Below, in pieces: positions 58,000 through 64,000 of a DNA stretch of 64,000 nucleotides. The stretch spans positions 3,997,572 through 4,061,571 of the forward strand of contig CAVNZM010000008.1 in the NCBI GenBank assembly GCA_963693365.1, read 5' to 3'. Origin of the DNA: Amoebidium appalachense (lineage: Eukaryota > Protista > Ichthyosporea). The notes under the pieces are model-generated. The model was not told where the DNA came from, made no database searches, and saw only the letters and a list, made by a program, of their open reading frames with translations. Made by a program: the position numbers and the translations under genes. Position 1 is the first letter of the stretch. Each line of letters begins with the position of its first letter.

Positions 58000-58360
58000 A
58001 CGTGGGTGCGCAGGTATTGGAAACAAAAGTTGGGCAGTGAGCTCAATAGTCACCCGTGGTAAGAAGGAAGTCGATGATGGTAAAGTTTTGTGCAGGGAGC
58101 AGGGTGACGGGAAGTGGATAGGTCACCGGGGTGAGGAGTGTGGAAGAAAAGGAGGCCAGGGTGGCTAATGGAATAAATGGAAACACAATACAACGGCCCA
58201 CACAGCTACGACACCAAGGATCACGGTGACCCACTAGGGCACCACCGTCTAGGAAACATCAAAACCCGATTGCCGCGCCATCGAAGCACCCATTGTGCTA
58301 GTAAACCACTAGGAAAGCCCACTATGCTACCGGCTAGTGACCGTTTCTCACGGCCCGTGG
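58000..58360 (-). mobile_element. Degenerate C-terminal remnant of a second, related LINE
   Basis: LAGSI...QWVLRWRGNRVLMFPRRWCP/(frameshift)/HRDPWCRSCVGRC...NFTIIDFLLT parallels LAGYI...EVVQWRCNFCFHRRWCNFCAEPFNRKHVDRC...FSFLLN in the element at 8.0-8.4 kb. Confidence 0.55.
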
Positions 58361-58562
58361 AGCAAACATATTGCACTAAGGGTTTGTGTATGCGGGTGCT
58401 TGCTTTATATGTGGTAGAGATGGGTGTTTTTGTGCTGTGAGTGTAAAAGCGGTCCATGCGTGTGTGGATGAGAGGCACACACAAGTTGTGTTATTGCATC
58501 GACGGGGCGCGTGTGCTGGTGGGGTGGTGGTGCCGGTTGTAAGAGAGAGAGGGGGGTTGGGC

Positions 58563-58597
<35 letters not shown>

Positions 58598-58852
58598 CAT
58601 GATACTTATCATATGTATTAGCATGTTGTACCATGCTAGTAGGTTTGCAGACGGAGTGGCGGCTGATCGAGGGTTCCAGAGTTTTTGATATGATTTCGAG
58701 ATATCGATCTTGCACATGAATTTACTCGATATCCCAGTGTGGTATCGATTGATTGAGCACTGGAGCTGAGTACTTGTGTGCAGTACTGTTTTCCGGAAAA
58801 GGGGGGGAGGGGGGGAGGGGGAGGTGGGGGGGCGGGGGTTGGGGGGGGGGGG

Positions 58853-58888
<36 letters not shown>

Positions 58889-58992
58889 GAGAGAGAGGGA
58901 GGAGGAGAGGAAGGGCCCACCACCACCACCATTCTCTCTCCCCCCCCCCCCCCTCCCCCCAACCACCACCACCACCACCACCACCATTCTCT

Positions 58993-59052
<60 letters not shown>

Positions 59053-59372
59053 AAAAAAAAGAAAAAGAAAAGAAAAGAAAAGAAAGAAAAAAAAGAAGAA
59101 GAAAAAAAAACCACAAAAAAAAAAAAAAAGAAAGAAGGAAGGAAGGAAGGAAAGAAATAAAAGAAGAAAACATGTTGCAACAACAACAACAAAAACGTGG
59201 GGCGCACGCACCACCGGCACCACAGTGTGACCTTTTTTCAATCACACATGTACAGGGGAACTATTCGCGCAACCGGCCAGAAATTGTACATAGTATTACA
59301 TGTCAGGAATTTTTCGCATCATCCGGCCCCGGATGATCCCTCCCCCCCCTCCCCCCCCCCCCCCCCCCCAAA

Positions 59373-59464
<92 letters not shown>

Positions 59465-60179
59465 CACACCACACCCCATCCTTGCCTCGCATGCCTTCTG
59501 GCCCAGCTTACCCAACAAAGGTTACCCCACATCATGTAAATACATTGGATCATCCTAGACTCGTCCCCCGACTGGCCTATCCCCTTCCTCCTTTTTTTTC
59601 GGTTTTATAAAGACTTTTTCATATGGTGTCTATATCCTCCTTGCTAGCTTACAACCTCTTCGTTAGTGCAAAATCCTACCCACAACAGAATTAATTCCAA
59701 TTCAATACTCCGGAACCCCTAGGAAAAGTAATGCAACCGGATATAACTGCGCCTACGCCTGGTATGTGAGTGTTGATACACAAGTAAAGTAACCCGTAGT
59801 GGGGGGGTTTGGCCATGAATGAATCAGATAACATGTGATGATACAATCAACATGCAATGCCAGTCTGGTCTGTCATATGGCGCCCACCAAGAAAACTTTA
59901 TACATGCATATGGTGGTGGTGTTTTGTTGATTATTAAAATTGGAGTGTAGTCCAATCAGTACATACCATTAATATGGTTTGTTGCTGACCGTGGGGAAAT
60001 GTTTTGGCCAAACAGCTGCCTGTTCACTGATCTCTACACTTGTCGACACAATTCGTAAAACAAAAAAACAAAGAAATAAACAATAAAAACAAAAAATAAA
60101 AATAAAAATAAAAAATACTGCGAAATAAATACAAAAAAATAAAAAAACGGGTCTGTCGTTGGAAATAAGAAGCTAGATG

Positions 60180-60217
<38 letters not shown>

Positions 60218-60879
60218 TTCCCCCTCCCCCCCAAAAAAACACACCGCCACCGGCCATCACCACCATCACCACAACTACCACCACCACTTCTCCTGAATTC
60301 CACCTCTTGTACCACACTCGAAGACAAACCCGTACATTTCATTTGCATACACCATCACAAACACACTGAGCATACACACATATGTACTGAGTCGCGAGGC
60401 ATGCCTTTGAGCTATGCAATGGCCCGTTGCACACCATGTCATGCAGAAACACGACTTTCTCTTGGCAAAGGAGCGGATTCGCGGGAAGAGGGTGGAAATC
60501 TTGGATGTGGGTTGGGGAGGGGAGAAAGGTGACGTACTTGCACACGCGCGTGCCCAGGGGGGTGAGGCGGAAGGCGGGGGGGGACATGGAGGAGGGGGGG
60601 GGGGGAGGGAGGGGGGGGGGGGGGGGGGGTTGGATGTCGAAATAGAGAAGCAGATCGACATCGAGAGAAAGAGAGTACGGTAGATAGAGATGTAGATCGA
60701 AAGAGTCAAGAGAGAAAAAGGTAGGGAAGTTGTGAGGGAGCAGGGAGGGTGGGAGGGAGGGAGGGAGGGAGGGGCGGGGGAAGGAAGGGGGGGGGGGAGG
60801 GGGGAGGGGGAGGGGGGGGGAGCTAGAGAGTGCGAGAGTATGAGAGAAAGCAAGAGAGAAAGCGAGGGGAGGACGGGGC

Positions 60880-61159
<280 letters not shown>

Positions 61160-61259
61160 AAATGGAATGAGAGTGAGAGAGAGAGAGACTGAGAAAGAGG
61201 CTGAGAGGGGGGGGGGGGGAGGGGGAGGGGGGGGGGGAAGAGGGAGGGAGGGAGGGAGG

Positions 61260-61295
<36 letters not shown>

Positions 61296-61316
61296 GAGGG
61301 AGGGAGGGAGGGAGAG

Positions 61317-61347
<31 letters not shown>

Positions 61348-62599
61348 CCGATAGAGAGAGAGAGAGAGAGAGAAACAGAGAGAAAGAGAGAGAGAGGGAG
61401 GGAGGGAGGGAGGGAGGGAGGGAGGGAGGGAGGGAGGGAGGGAGAGGGAGAGGGAGAGGGAGAGGGGAGAGAGAGGGGGAGGGGGGGAGGCGGGAGGGGG
61501 AGAGAGAGGGAGAGCGAGAGAGGGGGAGGGAGCGGGGGAGGGAGACCGGGAGAAAGGGAGCAGGGAGAGAGGGAGCAGGGAAAGAGGGAGTAGGGACTAG
61601 GGAGGGAGGGAGGGGGAGGGGACGGAGAGAGAGAGGGAGAGAGAGATCGTATGTGTCTGTGCACGCCAGTATTGTAAAAGAACAGCCAGAAACTGTAAGG
61701 CGGGAGCGGGGGGGGAGGGTTGGGGGAGAGGGGAGGAAAGAGGGGGGTGGGTGGGACGTTAAAGGCTCAAGTTTCTGTGCTCTTGGCTGTCAGCTATAAA
61801 TTTAAAATTTTTGAGTTCTGTGTAATGAGCAGAACGTTAACGGGCGTGCCTCCTTGCAAACAACCGGCCTTTTCAATGTTTACGGCGAGTCAGTTCAGTG
61901 TCTTGAGCACAACAAAGCAAAAACCGAGAACCGGGCGGTCCGGGTGGTGCAAGTAAATGGCCATCGCATCGCTCCGCCCTCCTCTACATCTAATAGAGTA
62001 TGATTTAGAGCCAATCCAAAGAGGTATTGGCATTGATCTTTGCCCGACATCTACAGCGGCAGCGGTTCAAGACATGGCACAAGTAAGGGAAGACCAATGC
62101 ACCCCTATCCGTGCAGGTCTATCCATCCATACAAAGGAGAGCACAGCAAGACAGCCCCTCGTGTGCATGTGTGGCTTACTACGTTTTCCAGCACGGCCAC
62201 ACACTAGACGACAGACTCGAGCGTGTACGGTGTGCTCCGGACAAAAATCATTGAAAAATGCTGCATGTAACCTTTAATAGATATTCTTATTTTCTCACAC
62301 TTGTATATTACAATTCTAACATTAACATCATGCCTGCGGCGGCTGGCGTTACTTTACCAGCTGCCCTGCATGCAGCTCCTCGCCGATCGGTCATGTGACT
62401 CATGCATCATGTATGTACACACACATGCACATGTTAGCAAAAAAAAAAGATAGGCAGCCTTAGTATCAGTAAGTTTACAGCATCCACAAATCACCTTTCC
62501 ATCCAACACAGCCCACTAGAGTAGTAGGCCTACTAGTACTGTACTTGGATGGTTGCGAACACTTGCATTCAAGTTGCGGGCGAGTCGGACGCGACATCG

Positions 62600-62891
62600 A
62601 CATCGGGCGAACTTCCCGCTTAAAAATCTCATAACCAATCAGATTCTTCCCTGTATTGCTCTTTATCGCCGTTTTGATCCCTCATCCTCTGACCGGCTTT
62701 CTGGCACCTTCCTTAGCCGTCATAAACCCCCCCAACCGCCTAATTTCAACGCAAAAGAAACATAAACCCCAATTGAAATTTGACAAAAAGGGTTTTTGCT
62801 TTCCCGCCAAGTGGCTCACCGTCTGCTCCAAACTGGAACGCCGCACAGCTATAAAAAGCCATCTGTTTGTTTTCAAATCCACGAACACGCC
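62600..62891 (+). promoter_or_regulatory. Promoter of the last gene: CCAAT (62635), E2F site TTTCCCGCC (62800-62808), TATA-like TATAAAA (62850), reverse CHR TTCAAA (62872-62877)
   Basis: Consensus matches clustered immediately upstream of CGCCATG at 62892. Confidence 0.55.
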
Positions 62892-64000
62892 ATGAGTTTA
62901 CTTGCGGCGAACTCGCCTGGTTGTGTGCGATGAGATGATGAGGGAAATGCCCTGTTGATGCAGCTGTGCCGCTAAACTCTGTGTGAAAACTTGGAAACTA
63001 TATCTCAGTTTACAGCGCAACATAGACGTGCATCATTTTCTTGCGAGTGGGCGCACATGCTGTTAGGATCTTTGAGATCTCAAAACCCGTAATAAGTGTT
63101 CGGATTGTCATATGTTTTTCGAGCAAAAAAGATGGAAGTTACACAGATTTTTTCTTTTGGCCACATCCCTGCCTTACCCGACCCACCTCTTGACTTCACT
63201 GACCCTGATGTAGTTGCATCCGTTGCCGCTGAGTGCATGACGTTCTACGGCTTAGAATCTATTCCACAGGAGAACGATTCCTGGTGGGCCAAAACCCATG
63301 TTAGCCTGTGTTCACGCCCCGCCTCGCCACATTCCACGGTTCCCGCTTTTGTTTCTAGTACACCAACGCATGAAGAAAAACACGCAAAACCAGCCGATAA
63401 AGAAAACGCGCAAGTGGGAACGCCAACATGGTCCGATCCGGCACTGCAGGAGGAGCCAACCGGCAATCCAGAAAATGAAAGTGAGATGAGCGATCAAGAG
63501 CTCTCAACGCCGCCAGCCCCCGTGTCCATCTACAACAATAGTAACAACGGAGCGTATGGGGATCTTGCGCGGGAAGCCCGCGAAAACATCAGACTCGAAT
63601 CACGAGAAAATGCCCATACGAGCAGTCAATCAGCCCCATTTTCACCCTTACTTTCAGGATCTCGCCTGAGTAGATCTAGACACACGACAATTCAGCAGAT
63701 GCATAGCCAGAACGACACCCCTGATAAGTTTTGGGACCGCGAGTTTGCTGCAGCTGTTGAACAGACGAGACGCCGCAACAGCTCTGGTCCAAGATCTTCC
63801 ACACGGGAGCTCCCCATCATCAGTTCCCGTCCAGCGGTAACACGCAGCAATTGCGATCAAACACAAACCAGCACTTGCCGATTAGAAGGCGGAAAACGCA
63901 GCAAGAGCTGGGCTCATATATCGCCCTACCAAAACTCCGCCTGCCGTCAGACACATGCACAAGACAACATCCGCGCGGAGTTTCCAACACACCCACCCGG
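62892..64000 (+). CDS. Hypothetical protein, 5' part (exon 62892-62919, then exon from 63214 open to the window end); not in the ORF track
   Basis: MSLLAANSP|VASVAAECMTFYGLESIPQENDSWWAK...PADKENAQVGTP...; about 260 codons without a stop. Phase-1 GT-AG intron with branch-like CACTGAC at 63197. Ser/Pro/Thr-rich with a KEN motif and several S/T-P sites. Confidence 0.72.

Overview
Eukaryotic, intron-rich genomic window. The exons are short and the introns are filled with poly-C/poly-G, (CA)n/(GT)n and (CT)n/(GA)n tracts. The proteins look opisthokont, and a unicellular holozoan such as an ichthyosporean is a guess only. Almost all ORFs in the supplied track are microsatellite translations, so I rebuilt the genes by hand from splice sites and phase continuity. 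In order: the 3' part of an ABHD4/5-like hydrolase (+); a two-exon, strongly bacterial-looking DinB/YfiT-family gene (-); a decayed LINE-type retrotransposon whose two outer ends are both 3' (A-tail) ends; a complete 38-exon RAD50 (+, ~1311 aa); a 10-exon Aurora kinase (-, ~374 aa); an unknown ~584-aa gene head-to-head with Aurora; a second related LINE remnant; and the start of an unknown KEN-box protein that runs off the window. Most notable: (1) the double-3'-ended LINE insertion, (2) two diverged copies of a structured element with compensatory changes in consecutive RAD50 introns, (3) a strand-biased C-tract/(CA)n intron architecture lacking normal polypyrimidine tracts, (4) a probable bacterial gene transfer that has gained an intron, and (5) E2F/CHR/Myb-type cell-cycle promoter motifs.
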